A stretch of 64,000 bases of DNA, from the IMG/VR virus record IMGVR_UViG_3300027845_000349, positions 23,805 through 87,804 of that record; one strand, given 5' to 3'. Position numbers and translations under genes: made by a program. Below the pieces are notes generated by a model, which saw only the letters and a list, made by a program, of their open reading frames with translations, ran no database searches and was not told the DNA's origin. Positions 43,198 to 53,806 of this stretch are shown one piece after another. Position 1 is the stretch's first letter; every line of letters starts with the position of its first letter. The stretch comes from a virus (Duplodnaviria; Caudoviricetes).

Positions 43198-44301
43198 ATG
43201 AAAATAGTAAAACTGGAAATTAAGAATATTACCGATGAAAACCGGAAAGAAAAGTTTCAGAAAGCTATAAAAACACTATCTAAAGAATTAAAAATACCGG
43301 CTACAATAGAACATAAAGAACACAATAAAGAAGAATTTCCCTATAAAGCTCAAGAAGAACTCTATGAAATGTATAAAAACCAGTTTGGTTTATTTATGGA
43401 TGATCTTTATTCCCGGATATGCTCTACCCTGGAAATTAGACCTGCTAATACTTTTAGGAAAGCAATAGATCCTAATGCTCCAAAGATAGGTAAAGAAATA
43501 ATATGGAATCCAGAAACAGGAATTCCTATAACAGATAAAGAACTTGACAGGCTTCTTAATTCAATTGATAAATTCATGAACCGGAACAATCCCAAAAAAG
43601 AATTTACTATATCTCAGTCTGCAGTGGCCAGGATAATTGCCAACCTTAAAAAAACCAGTGAAGAAGCAGAATTAAGAGAAAAAAATCTAAATGATATTAA
43701 ATATAAAAACAAAAAATGGGACTATTACGACACTTATGGAAAACTTAATGACTCTTTCCCTTCTGTTGATCTTGAAAGACTTAAATTTAGAGAGCGAGTC
43801 GTTGGAAACTATATTCAGGATATCGGGGAAAAAACCAGAAACGGAATAAGAGACATTCTTGATCAGGGATATCTGGCCGGTAAATCAAAAGGTGAAATAT
43901 CACAAGACCTTTTCTATAAGTTCGGATCTCTAAATAAAGACTGGGATCGGATAGTAGATACAGAAGGTGTAAATATATTTAACTCCGAATATATCGATGA
44001 ACAAAAAGCCGAAGCAGAGCCAGGTGAGCCTATCTATTTTATCCGTAGAGAGTATGGAGATACCAAAACATGTTCTTTCTGTATTCAAGCCGTTAACAAT
44101 CCAATAATAGCCAGATGGAGTGATGTACCTCTTCAGGATGAGAATATAAAAGATCAGTATGCCTCAATTGCTATATGGTCAGGAAAAACGAATTTTGGAA
44201 GATCCCGTTCTGATTGGTGGTGGGCAGAGTCTGGAAATCACCCTTTTTGCCGTGGAGCCTGGGATCGTTACTATGAAGAAATAGGAGATCTAGAATTGTG
44301 A
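43198..44301 (+). CDS. Head morphogenesis (MuF/SPP1 gp7-like) protein
   Basis: DWDRIVDTE...N and C-terminal C..C ... HPFCRG.W; near the portal gene. Confidence 0.8.
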   Translation: MKIVKLEIKNITDENRKEKFQKAIKTLSKELKIPATIEHKEHNKEEFPYKAQEELYEMYKNQFGLFMDDLYSRICSTLEIRPANTFRKAIDPNAPKIGKEIIWNPETGIPITDKELDRLLNSIDKFMNRNNPKKEFTISQSAVARIIANLKKTSEEAELREKNLNDIKYKNKKWDYYDTYGKLNDSFPSVDLERLKFRERVVGNYIQDIGEKTRNGIRDILDQGYLAGKSKGEISQDLFYKFGSLNKDWDRIVDTEGVNIFNSEYIDEQKAEAEPGEPIYFIRREYGDTKTCSFCIQAVNNPIIARWSDVPLQDENIKDQYASIAIWSGKTNFGRSRSDWWWAESGNHPFCRGAWDRYYEEIGDLEL

Positions 44302-44831
44302 AAAAAGAAATGACATGGAAAGAGGTAGAGTGCTATCGATGTGGAAAAAATACAACCGTCCCTACTTGGTTCGACCATAGAGCCGAATGTAACGAATGCA
44401 TTCAAGCGTGTCAAGAAAAAGAATACGATGATTATTTTGATGTTGTTACTTGGGGGATGTCAGAATCTGATTATTTTAGGTGTAGATATAAAAACAAATA
44501 TCCAGGAGAAGAAATTGAAGGTATTTGGGAAGCCACAGGAGATCCAAGATATTTTTTAATGTATAAGGTTAACGGGGTTGGCCTAATTGTAATAAGGCCA
44601 TCACATAAAGACAGTTTTAAAAAATATAAATGCATAAACTACTTTAAAAAGAGTGAAGATGAGATTGGTCTTGATAAAAGTCTTGAGTGTATAAAGAATG
44701 GGGTGTTTAACCCTGAAGAGTTAGAGATTAAATCATGAGTACAAAATGCCCTGATTGTGGAACAACAATGGAAAATATAGCTGGCCTTATGGTATGTCCA
44801 GTATGTGATGAACCAATGAATAAAACCTTTA

Positions 44832-46025
44832 ATGATGATAAATGGGTACAGGAGAGAAAAGATGTTAGTACTGGGAATGAAACAGGCTCACAAAAAGCTT
44901 GCAGATAAACACGAAGTTTCTGTAGCTCAAATTGAAAAAGAAATAAAAATTGGTCAGAAAGAGGAAATGGAACATACTTCAGATCCTCTTGAAGCTCATA
45001 AAATAGCTATGGATCATATCAAAGAAGATCCTCTATATTACACAAAGCTTAAAGACGCCGGTCTAGTAGACTCTGTTGAAAAATCTCTATCTCCTGAGCA
45101 GAAGAAAAAAGTAGATAAATTTCTAAGCAAACAGAAAGGGGAACTTGAAGATGATGACCTCCATTCATTTTCTGAAAGCATAGGAATATCTCCTCATGAA
45201 GTAGAAGAATATATTTACTCTAAAGTAATTAATAAATCCAATGATAAAGTTGCTATTGTTATGAGAGAATTCAAAGAAGGATCTCTTACTTCCCATGGAA
45301 AACCGGTTACTGACCGAAAACAAGCTCTTGCTATAGCTATGTCAGAAGCTGGAATGAGTAAATCTATTGTCATTAAAAATAAGAAAACTGTAAATAAGCC
45401 TTTAATTATTAGGATTAAGAAGGCCATAGACTTTAAAAAAAAACTTATATCCTTGAGAAAAAGAAGAGGAGAGACTAAAAAACAGTTTGACGATAATTCT
45501 AAAAAACTGATGTCTACTATAACCAACCCACAGGCAGATTATGATCGTAAATATAAAATACAAGGCCATAGAAAATGTCATGGTATGGATATTTCAATAG
45601 AAAATAAGAAAGGTTCATATAGAAAAGGAAAAGATCCTGATGGAAAACCATGGAAAGTTAAAATGAACTTTGACTACGGTAGAATAGTCGGAAGTAAGGC
45701 TACTGATGACGAAGCAACAGATGCATATGTTGGTCCAGATGATACTGCAGAAAAGATATTTGTAGTTCATCAAAACGATCCTTTTAACGGTGGAAGGTAC
45801 GACGAGGATAAAGTATTTATGCATATGCCCTCCCGGGAATCAGTTATTGAAGGTTATCTATCCCAATATGACAGGCCTGATTTTTTAGGTGATATTTCAG
45901 AGTTTACTGTTCCTGAATTTAAACAGGCTTTAATAGATAGAAAAGGTAAGATGTTGTATAAATCACCTATTGAATATGATAGTGATGAAATTCGGAAAAA
46001 AAGAATAGTTATTAGAAAGAGGTAA
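44832..46025 (+). CDS. Multidomain head-associated protein with inorganic-pyrophosphatase-like domain
   Basis: GMDISIEN.KGS.R.G.DPDG..W...M..DYG.I......D....D.YVGP ... DE.KV; IAMDH..EDP.YY.KL N-terminal module. Confidence 0.65.
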   Translation: MMINGYRREKMLVLGMKQAHKKLADKHEVSVAQIEKEIKIGQKEEMEHTSDPLEAHKIAMDHIKEDPLYYTKLKDAGLVDSVEKSLSPEQKKKVDKFLSKQKGELEDDDLHSFSESIGISPHEVEEYIYSKVINKSNDKVAIVMREFKEGSLTSHGKPVTDRKQALAIAMSEAGMSKSIVIKNKKTVNKPLIIRIKKAIDFKKKLISLRKRRGETKKQFDDNSKKLMSTITNPQADYDRKYKIQGHRKCHGMDISIENKKGSYRKGKDPDGKPWKVKMNFDYGRIVGSKATDDEATDAYVGPDDTAEKIFVVHQNDPFNGGRYDEDKVFMHMPSRESVIEGYLSQYDRPDFLGDISEFTVPEFKQALIDRKGKMLYKSPIEYDSDEIRKKRIVIRKR

Positions 46026-46027
46026 AT

Positions 46028-46600
46028 ATGCTTTTAAGACCAAACGATTATTATACACAAAGAAATAATAAATTCTCTCCATTCTCTTCATGTATGAATA
46101 CTTCCAGGGTAATGTTTTATAAAGCTGCTGGAATAAAATATAATAATGATAGTGGAATATCAGATGATGATCATTTTTATCTTCTACTTAATTCAGATGA
46201 AGCAAGAATATTTGCAGAAAAGAAATATCCCAATCTTTCAGGAATACCAATTCATGAGCTTCATGGAATTTACGGATCTTGGCTTGATGAAAAGGTCACT
46301 GGAAAAAGAAGAACTAATTTTGTAACTAATATGTCATGGAGTAGTTTTGTAAAAGAATTAAAAGCTGGAAGACCTATTATGACATCTGCTCATTTTACAG
46401 GTCTTTCCGGACATGCTTTTGTCTTTGTTGGTTATGATGAACAGACAAATGAATTAATTGCTGCAGATCCATGGGGGAATCCTCATTTAAATTATAAAGG
46501 TACAGAAGGAACAAAAGGATACGGAATAAGATATTCAGAAGAGTATTTCAATGAACATGTTAAGCCAGGAGTTAAGAAATGGGCTCATATATTACTATGA
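46028..46600 (+). CDS. Peptidase C39-like protein (possible endolysin)
   Basis: SSCMNTS Cys, GHAFVFVGYD His, ADPWG Asp. Confidence 0.7.
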   Translation: MLLRPNDYYTQRNNKFSPFSSCMNTSRVMFYKAAGIKYNNDSGISDDDHFYLLLNSDEARIFAEKKYPNLSGIPIHELHGIYGSWLDEKVTGKRRTNFVTNMSWSSFVKELKAGRPIMTSAHFTGLSGHAFVFVGYDEQTNELIAADPWGNPHLNYKGTEGTKGYGIRYSEEYFNEHVKPGVKKWAHILL

Positions 46601-48300
46601 AAAAAGACCTATCTTACTGGAAAAAGAAAATACTAGAAACTCTAAAGGGTGATGTAATAGCAAAATCACTATCTGAATTTGGAATTTTAGAAAAAGCAAA
46701 AGGTTATCCACCAGGGACTATCCGGGAATGGAGTGGTAAAAAGTATAAGAAACTTTCTTCAGGGAAGTGGATGAGAACCTATACCGGAACAGGGGAACGA
46801 GGAGAACAGCAGGCTATCAGAAATGTAATGAATAAAATTCAAAAAGCTGCATCTATGGAAGAACTTCTCCAAGTTGTAAGAGATAACCGAGAAAGATTTA
46901 GAGATGAATCAGGAAAAGCTATTCCGGTCATTAAAGAATTCCTTGATGCTGCAAGAGCAACAGATATAGGGGAAAGGAAGAAAAAAGAAGTTCCTGAGAA
47001 AATTAAGACTGAAAAAAAAGAAAAGCCATCTAAAGCTAAAGATAAGACTCTTCAAAGTATCAGAGATAATTATGAATCTGGAACAGCTATAACAGGTGAT
47101 ACAGATGATATTTATGTTGGAAAAGAAGAGATAACCGGAAAATGGAAACTGGTTGAATCAACAGCCCCTACTGCCAGTCACGATGAAAAGACATTCAATA
47201 AAACAGAAAATTTTCCTACCAATAAAGATGGATCTACAATCAATGATAGGGATTATGAGAAAGATAAAGCAGCTCAGGAGATGGTAAACTCTATAGCTAG
47301 TGGTTTTGATGGTCGGGCTGTAAGTTTTGATACTCCAGTAATTGTAACCGAAGATGGTGTTGTTGTATCCGGAAATAACCGAACAATGAGCAGCAAGATC
47401 GCAGCCAGGAAAGGAACGGATAAAAAATACATTGAAGCTTTAAAGAAAAGATCAAAGAAGTTTGGATTTTCTTCTGGAGATATTGATAAATTCAAAAATC
47501 CAAGGGTTGTTTTTGAAATAGATAATAAAGAGGGATATTCAACAGATCAGTTTGCTAAATTCAATGATACTCAGCAAAAAACAATGAATCCTATTGAATC
47601 TGCAGTTAAAATGTCTAAGATAATTCATGATGATGTTGTAAAGGAAGTTGGTGATAAGATATCTGAATTCGATACTATTGGCGAGCTCTATGCAAATAAG
47701 AAAGCTGTAAACGATGTTTTTAATTCTCTTCAGAAAGGTGGAATTATAAATGAGTTTACTAGACCTCAATATATTACTGATGAAGGAATAACCGGAGCAG
47801 GAAAAGAATTTCTTGAAACTGTTATGATAGGATCTGTTGTAAATGAGTCAAATATCAGAGGATTGAATCGTGAAGGGGCAAAGTCTATTAGAAAGAAGCT
47901 TGTTAGGGCCATAACGCCATTAGTCCGAAATAAAGGACTTGGAGGATATTCAGTCTCAGATGAGCTTAATAGAGCCATTGACGTATCTATGCAAGTAAAA
48001 TTGAATAAAGATAAATTTTCTTCTATAGATGATTTTGCAAATCAATCCTCTCTGTTTGATGAAAAAGACGATATCGGAATTGAATTGGCAAAAAAAATAA
48101 ATATGAAAGAAAAGGATTTTTCTGATTTCATGCAGAAAATGAATACTAATCTTGAAGTCGGAGCCAGTGGACAAGCTGATATGTTTTTCGGTGATGTAGA
48201 GACAAAAGAACAGGTTTTAGATAGAATACTAAAAATAAAGAAATCTATAATATATGTAATTAACCGTCTTAGAAAGTCTAAAGGAGAGAAAAGTGAATAG
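46579..48300 (+). CDS. Polyvalent-type head protein with DdrB-like ParB domain
   Basis: PPGTIREW.GKKY.K...GKW N-terminal motif; TPVIV..DG.V.SGNNR.M ParB-like core. Confidence 0.65.
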   Translation: MGSYITMKKDLSYWKKKILETLKGDVIAKSLSEFGILEKAKGYPPGTIREWSGKKYKKLSSGKWMRTYTGTGERGEQQAIRNVMNKIQKAASMEELLQVVRDNRERFRDESGKAIPVIKEFLDAARATDIGERKKKEVPEKIKTEKKEKPSKAKDKTLQSIRDNYESGTAITGDTDDIYVGKEEITGKWKLVESTAPTASHDEKTFNKTENFPTNKDGSTINDRDYEKDKAAQEMVNSIASGFDGRAVSFDTPVIVTEDGVVVSGNNRTMSSKIAARKGTDKKYIEALKKRSKKFGFSSGDIDKFKNPRVVFEIDNKEGYSTDQFAKFNDTQQKTMNPIESAVKMSKIIHDDVVKEVGDKISEFDTIGELYANKKAVNDVFNSLQKGGIINEFTRPQYITDEGITGAGKEFLETVMIGSVVNESNIRGLNREGAKSIRKKLVRAITPLVRNKGLGGYSVSDELNRAIDVSMQVKLNKDKFSSIDDFANQSSLFDEKDDIGIELAKKINMKEKDFSDFMQKMNTNLEVGASGQADMFFGDVETKEQVLDRILKIKKSIIYVINRLRKSKGEKSE

Positions 48301-48721
48301 ATATGACAGTGTATATAATTTAGCAACTGGACCAAGTGGATCTTTAATTGCTACTACAATAAGTGTAACAGCAGAAAGTATGGAAGATGGTGTTAGGTTT
48401 ATGACTGTAGAACAGGGAGAAGAGCCAGTATCAATTGAACTGGTGGAAACTGGTGCTATAGTTGTCGGTGTTGACAATGATGTTACGTTCACCACCACTA
48501 TAAGTCCGGCCGGTGCAATAACAGCCGGAGCCGTAGCAACTCCAACAAGTTATAGTGTAATCCCGGGAACAGTTGTTATTTTTGAAGCAACAGAACCGAC
48601 CGGATATACATTTTCAAAATGGACTAAAGATACTGTTGATGCTGGAACAAGTCTTATTCAGGAAATTGAAATTACAACAGATGCAACTGCTATTGTTGCT
48701 GAATTTATAGTTACTCCATAG
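48293..48721 (+). CDS. Small beta-rich protein with InlB-B-repeat-like C-terminus
   Basis: G..V...A..P.GY.F..W........ITT.....AEF. Confidence 0.45.
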   Translation: MNRYDSVYNLATGPSGSLIATTISVTAESMEDGVRFMTVEQGEEPVSIELVETGAIVVGVDNDVTFTTTISPAGAITAGAVATPTSYSVIPGTVVIFEATEPTGYTFSKWTKDTVDAGTSLIQEIEITTDATAIVAEFIVTP

Positions 48722-48730
48722 GGGGAGATT

Positions 48731-49126
48731 GTGAAAAATATAATATTTGTATGGATACCGATGGTATTATTTGCTTTATTTTTATTAGTTCCATTGTTCG
48801 CTGAGTTCGCTGTCCCGTTCTCAGGAGCTATCATATTGCTTGGTGGTAGTATTTCAGGTTATACCGGAGTAAAGAGTTTTGGAGTATACCAGACAGCAAA
48901 GGCTATGCCTTCCGGAGATGGTGTTTCCCGGGATACAAAAGATAAGCTTGTAAAAATATTAATAGGTCTATATATGATTATCTTTGAGGCTTTAATTGTT
49001 CAATATATTAAACCATCCATAGAAATTCCTCTTGATGAGTTGTTTATTATGGCTGGAATTTGTTCTTCTATTGTACTCGGAGGAACACAAGCTATTAAGG
49101 CTGCTGAAAAGGTTAACGGAGCATAA
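48731..49126 (+). CDS. Multi-TM membrane protein (holin candidate)
   Basis: 131 aa with about four hydrophobic segments. Confidence 0.4.
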   Translation: MKNIIFVWIPMVLFALFLLVPLFAEFAVPFSGAIILLGGSISGYTGVKSFGVYQTAKAMPSGDGVSRDTKDKLVKILIGLYMIIFEALIVQYIKPSIEIPLDELFIMAGICSSIVLGGTQAIKAAEKVNGA

Positions 49127-49146
49127 TATTTGATGTTGTAATATTA

Positions 49147-49197
49147 AAGCAGATAAGTAATTACAGATTACCCCTATAATTACTTACTGCTTTTTTG
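49147..49197. terminator. Bidirectional terminator between convergent blocks
   Basis: AAAGCAG.TAAGTAATTA ... TAATTACTTACTGCTTT followed by a T-tract. Confidence 0.7.
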
Positions 49198-50047
49198 ATG
49201 TTATCATAGAATATATCATTGTATTTTCGTTTCATTGATCCATCTTCATTGAAACAGAATTTAGGAATCCAGATCAGATAACCATCTTCTGTCTTGACCC
49301 GATAGGCTTTATCAGACTTTGAATGAAAAGAGAATTCAATATCACATCCTGTATCTTTAAAGCCTATATATTCGGTCACGTTTATTATTTATTCTCCTCT
49401 ATTTGTATTTTAATCTAATCATAAAAAAATAATTTGATAGATTTTCTCCATTTAACAATCAGATAAACAATTGAAACTATATCTAAAACTGATAGGATAG
49501 AACAAAGTAAATGGAATTCTTGGCTTATCTTGCCTTTATCTATATTTATAAATCCACATACAGCTATTGTTAACAAAACAGCAAGAGAACAAATCAAGAA
49601 GAATATTGCAACGATTCTGTATGATGCAAGTTCTAGCGATAGATTATAGTCTTCATAATCACAATCATATTTAGTTTTCATCCTATCTCCTTTTTAATAG
49701 CTTGTGTAATAGCAAAATGTTGCTAAAAATGTTTCACCACAAGCAGGACATTTTATTTTCTCATCTTCTGGATCGTTATTAATATCAGTTATAGTTTCAC
49801 CACAATAAGGACAAGTAACTTCAAACTCAATAACTTGATTTTTGCCAGCTTCTTTCATTCTATCTCCTTATTCTTAAACATCACAATTTAAAATCACGTG
49901 ATTTTTGTTATTAATTAAAGGCAAACCATAAAAAGCAAACATAAACGGGTTATCAAGCCATGGTGTTTTAGCCTGAAATCTAATTTTTAATTTATTTTTC
50001 TGTATTCTCTTTTTAAGATTCTTTTTTCTCTGTCTTTTTCGCATTAT

Positions 50048-51124
50048 TTATCCTTTATATTTTCTTATGTCTTTAGATGCCGGACCATAACTTAAGTATA
50101 CGTTATTCATTTCTGGAATATTACTAATGATAAAATCAACAAATTCCGCTTCTTTTTCAAAAATGACAACTGAACCACCATGAACAACTGGAAAAGCATC
50201 TCCCATCTGATCAAGACAAGTTATAACTAAATTTCTGTTTTGAGAATTCCTAATACCAGAATCTATATTTATAGAATAATTCAGCATATCAAGATCTAAA
50301 ACTCTGGTCTTGAAAACACCTTGAAATCCATCATTAAGATTTGTTTCATTATTATTAAATGGATTGCATTTAATTTCAGAACAATATCCGTTTCCATGTC
50401 TTGTCTGATAGCATCTTGTAACAAGAAATAATTCAGAATCACATAGGCTTACTTCCTGAGTACCTACTCTGGATCTTGTAACATTGGGGAAAATTCCATA
50501 ATCCATGTCCAAGAGAATACCCTGAGAGCTTTCATATATTACATTATCAAGATCTATATCTGTATTTATTAAATCCTCAACAGGTAACGATAAGCATTTT
50601 TCTATAAACCCATCTAATGAAGACCAATCATACCCTTTATAATAATCCATAATACTTGAAATTTTAGCTCTAAATATTTCAGGATACATAAGGTCTTGAA
50701 AATAAAGATGATAATTATCTTGTTCTCTTTGAATTGTCGCTCCAAAACCAACACCAACAGATCCGTGATTATTTGATTCATCTTCAGACATATTCTTTAT
50801 TTTATCAAAAGGAGTTGTAACCGGACACATTGGATTTATTTTAATTACTGGATTTACTCCTTTCTCTTTAAGGATAGATAATTCCTTAATATATCCTACA
50901 GGATCAAAAGTCTTGCAATTCCAATAAGTAGGATTTCCTCTTAGAGTTCCAGACCCGAAGTTTGAATGTATATGGTTTTTGTCTCCTATAACAACATTAT
51001 GAGCTGCCTGATGTCCTCCTGAGTATCTTATTACTGTTGCTTCTGGATTTAAAGAACATCTCCAATCTGTTACAAGTCCTTTACCCTCATCTCCAAATCC
51101 TAATCCTATAACAACCTCTTTCAT
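50048..51124 (-). CDS. Adenylosuccinate synthetase-like (divergent PurA family) protein
   Basis: GLGFGDEGKG, RYSGGHQAAH, ESSQG.LLD, FPNVTRS, TRHGNG, TCLD, SYGP; the canonical TTGR aspartate loop is absent. Confidence 0.9.
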   Translation of the reverse strand: MKEVVIGLGFGDEGKGLVTDWRCSLNPEATVIRYSGGHQAAHNVVIGDKNHIHSNFGSGTLRGNPTYWNCKTFDPVGYIKELSILKEKGVNPVIKINPMCPVTTPFDKIKNMSEDESNNHGSVGVGFGATIQREQDNYHLYFQDLMYPEIFRAKISSIMDYYKGYDWSSLDGFIEKCLSLPVEDLINTDIDLDNVIYESSQGILLDMDYGIFPNVTRSRVGTQEVSLCDSELFLVTRCYQTRHGNGYCSEIKCNPFNNNETNLNDGFQGVFKTRVLDLDMLNYSINIDSGIRNSQNRNLVITCLDQMGDAFPVVHGGSVVIFEKEAEFVDFIISNIPEMNNVYLSYGPASKDIRKYKG

Positions 51125-51146
51125 ATTCCCACCTTATATAACTTAA

Positions 51147-51228
51147 TAAAATAATATTAAAATAATATTAAAATAATAATAGAAATATGTCAACAGTTGT
51201 TGACAGCAAGTTACATCTGTATTATATT
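51147..51228. promoter_or_regulatory. Back-to-back promoters sharing a palindrome, plus three 11-bp direct repeats
   Basis: TGTCAACA-gt-TGTTGACA (51188-51205) supplies TTGACA on both strands, each 17 nt from a TAnnnT; TAAAATAATAT x3 at 51147-51178. Confidence 0.7.
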
Positions 51229-51249
51229 GATTTTTATCAAGGAGTGTTT

Positions 51250-51402
51250 ATGAAGGAAAGATTCGCAATACAATTAAGTGTTGAAAAGGGGGAAAAGAAG
51301 GTAATTAAAGATGTTTATGAAAAACACTCTATAAACATAGCAAGTCGAGTTCTTAAGCTAATAAAAGAGGATATCGAAAAATTAACTTTAAAGGAAAAAT
51401 AA
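51250..51402 (+). CDS. Small ribbon-helix-helix-like regulator
   Basis: About 50 aa from ATG 51250 (GGAG SD); beta-strand then two helices. Confidence 0.4.
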   Translation: MKERFAIQLSVEKGEKKVIKDVYEKHSINIASRVLKLIKEDIEKLTLKEK

Positions 51403-51749
51403 TGGCAGAAGAAGAGAAAAATGAAATAAGAGGAGCATTTGTTGAATCGCTTGAGAGAAACAATAAAGCGATTAAATCAGCACGTGCAGAAGCTATTTTT
51501 GAAGATGCTGAAATGGCTTACAAGAGGAAAGTTGAGAATCTTGACAGAGATCTTAAGAGGTTAAAAAGAGACAGAGAAAACATGCTTGACCTTTCACCAA
51601 CAAATTCTCACAGTCTTATGCTGGCTGATAACTTTGATGATTGCAAGTTTGTTGAAGATGATTTGTCGTTAAGTATTGGGATAAGAGAAACTGAGATAAA
51701 GTTAGAGATTGCACAGAAAAGATATGAATATCTTTTTGGGGGTAAATAA
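51402..51749 (+). CDS. Coiled-coil hypothetical protein
   Basis: 115 aa; TAATG-coupled on both sides. Confidence 0.65.
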   Translation: MAEEEKNEIRGAFVESLERNNKAIKSARAEAIFEDAEMAYKRKVENLDRDLKRLKRDRENMLDLSPTNSHSLMLADNFDDCKFVEDDLSLSIGIRETEIKLEIAQKRYEYLFGGK

Positions 51750-52606
51750 TGGGAGGAGGAACATATTCAGCTACTAGTTCAATTGCAAGAGAAACCACAT
51801 ATTCAACAATGGCTGCTAGTGATATATTCACCAAAAGAGAAATTGATATTAAAATGATACCTTCTGGTACTATTAGAGAGTGCTGTGATTCTGAAGAACA
51901 TCCAGAAACAATTCCTGTTATAATTGCTCTTGATGTAACCGGTTCAATGGGAATGATTCCTGAAAACTTTATAAAAGAGAGTATGTCAAAAATGATGGGA
52001 TCTCTCTATTCTGATGGATTTAAAGATTCTCAGGTCCTTTTTATCGGAATCGGAGATCATGAATGTGACAGAGCACCCATTCAGGTTGGTCAGTTTGAAG
52101 CTGATGATCAGATAATGGATAAATGGTTAAAAAATATCTACCTTGAAGGTGGTGGAGGAGGAAACGATGGTGAAAGCTATCTTTTGGCTTGGTATTATGC
52201 TGCTTTTCACACAAAAATTGATTCTTTTGAAAAGAGAGGGAAGAAGGGATTTTTAGTTACAGTTGGTGATGAGCCTACTCTTAAGACACTTCCTGTAGAA
52301 GTACAGAAAGAAATCTTTGGAGAAAATGGACAATATACTTCAATGACTTCAGATGAGATCCTTAAAAAAGCAGAAGAGAAATATAATGTTTTTCATCTTC
52401 ATATAAAAGAAACAAGATCTGGATCAATGGTTCATGTTCAAGATGGTTGGAAGCAACTACTTAAAAATAATGTTATTATGGTTGATTCCTATAAAGATAT
52501 TCCTGGGATTATATCAGATTTAATATCTGTAAATTCAGAACATAAAAAACCAGAAAACAGTAATTCAGCTAAACCAATTGTAGAAAAAGAAGAGGTTATG
52601 CTTTAA
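51749..52606 (+). CDS. vWA-domain protein
   Basis: IALDVTGSMG MIDAS-like motif, GGGGGN.GESY, VTVGDEP. Confidence 0.85.
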   Translation: MGGGTYSATSSIARETTYSTMAASDIFTKREIDIKMIPSGTIRECCDSEEHPETIPVIIALDVTGSMGMIPENFIKESMSKMMGSLYSDGFKDSQVLFIGIGDHECDRAPIQVGQFEADDQIMDKWLKNIYLEGGGGGNDGESYLLAWYYAAFHTKIDSFEKRGKKGFLVTVGDEPTLKTLPVEVQKEIFGENGQYTSMTSDEILKKAEEKYNVFHLHIKETRSGSMVHVQDGWKQLLKNNVIMVDSYKDIPGIISDLISVNSEHKKPENSNSAKPIVEKEEVML

Positions 52607-53806
52607 ATTAATACGTATATCAATTATAATTTGGTATACGGATTAATACAACTAAATAGGGGGAATTATGGCTGAAAACGACATAACCATATCATTAGAA
52701 GATTTTATGGAATATCAAGAATTAAAAAAACATAAAAAAGAAGTTAAGTTTATAGATGAATTAAAACACACTTGTTCTAATGGTGAAATATGGACAGGCT
52801 CAAGTAATTCATGGGCTAGTGATGGTGCAGCCTGGTTAAAACTTGCAGGAAAAATTAATAAAATAGGGAATAAGCAAAGTCTTATTTATAAATCAAACAA
52901 GAAATTTCTTGAGATGTTATTAGATTTAAACTGGAGAAATTTCAAGTCTCTTCAGAATCGTTTAAAAAAAGATGGAGTTGATGATATTCTTCATGAATAT
53001 ATAAAAGGTTATTAAGTAGATTAGTATCTAATCAAGGTGGTAAAGAATGAAAATAGAAATTGATTTAAAAGATATTTTAGGTGATGAGTATGGAGATATG
53101 GAATCGCTAGCGCAATCTATTGAGAGACAGCTTACAGACACAATTGAAGCCAATTTATCTAAAGGCATTCAGAAAAAGATAGATAGTGAAGTGGTAGAAA
53201 TTATTTCTACAAAAGTAAAAGAGGCAGCTGATAAATTTATTCCTACTCTTATGGACGAACTTGTAGATAAAGAATATCAGCCAGTTGACAGGTATGGTGA
53301 TCGATCAAGCCCAACAACAATGAGAAAACAATTGTTAAAGACTTTAACAGGTGAGATGGTTTACAAAAAATGCAACTATGATTCCGATAAAAATTTCTTC
53401 ACAAGGAATATTGATTCTATTGTAGGCGAACAAATGAAAGAGTTCAAAAAAGACTTTGATAATAAAGTTGATGAAGTTTTCACAAAAGAAGCTTTTGAAT
53501 ATGCGTTTATCAAAATGCAACAAAAACTTAAGATGGTTAAATAGAATATTAAAAACATATACTAATAGGTAACTATATCTATTACTAGATAATTGAAGGA
53601 GATAAGAGAATGGAGACAAAAGAAAACAAAAACACTATATCATTTCATATTGATTCATATCCAGATGAAATATTAAAACTCGAAAAAGGGTTTTTTTGGT
53701 ACAAAGGAAAGAAAATAAAAGATATTAAAAAAGCATACGAAAGATTCTGTAAATGGCTTGAAAGTTCTGAGAAGAATATAAATCTAAATCAATGAAGATT
53801 AAACCA

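Noticed and set aside
50048-51124. PurZ / 2-aminoadenine (Z-genome) pathway
   Set aside because: The motif is GDEGKG, not GSTGKG, and no DatZ/MazZ or DNA polymerase gene is recognisable in the window.
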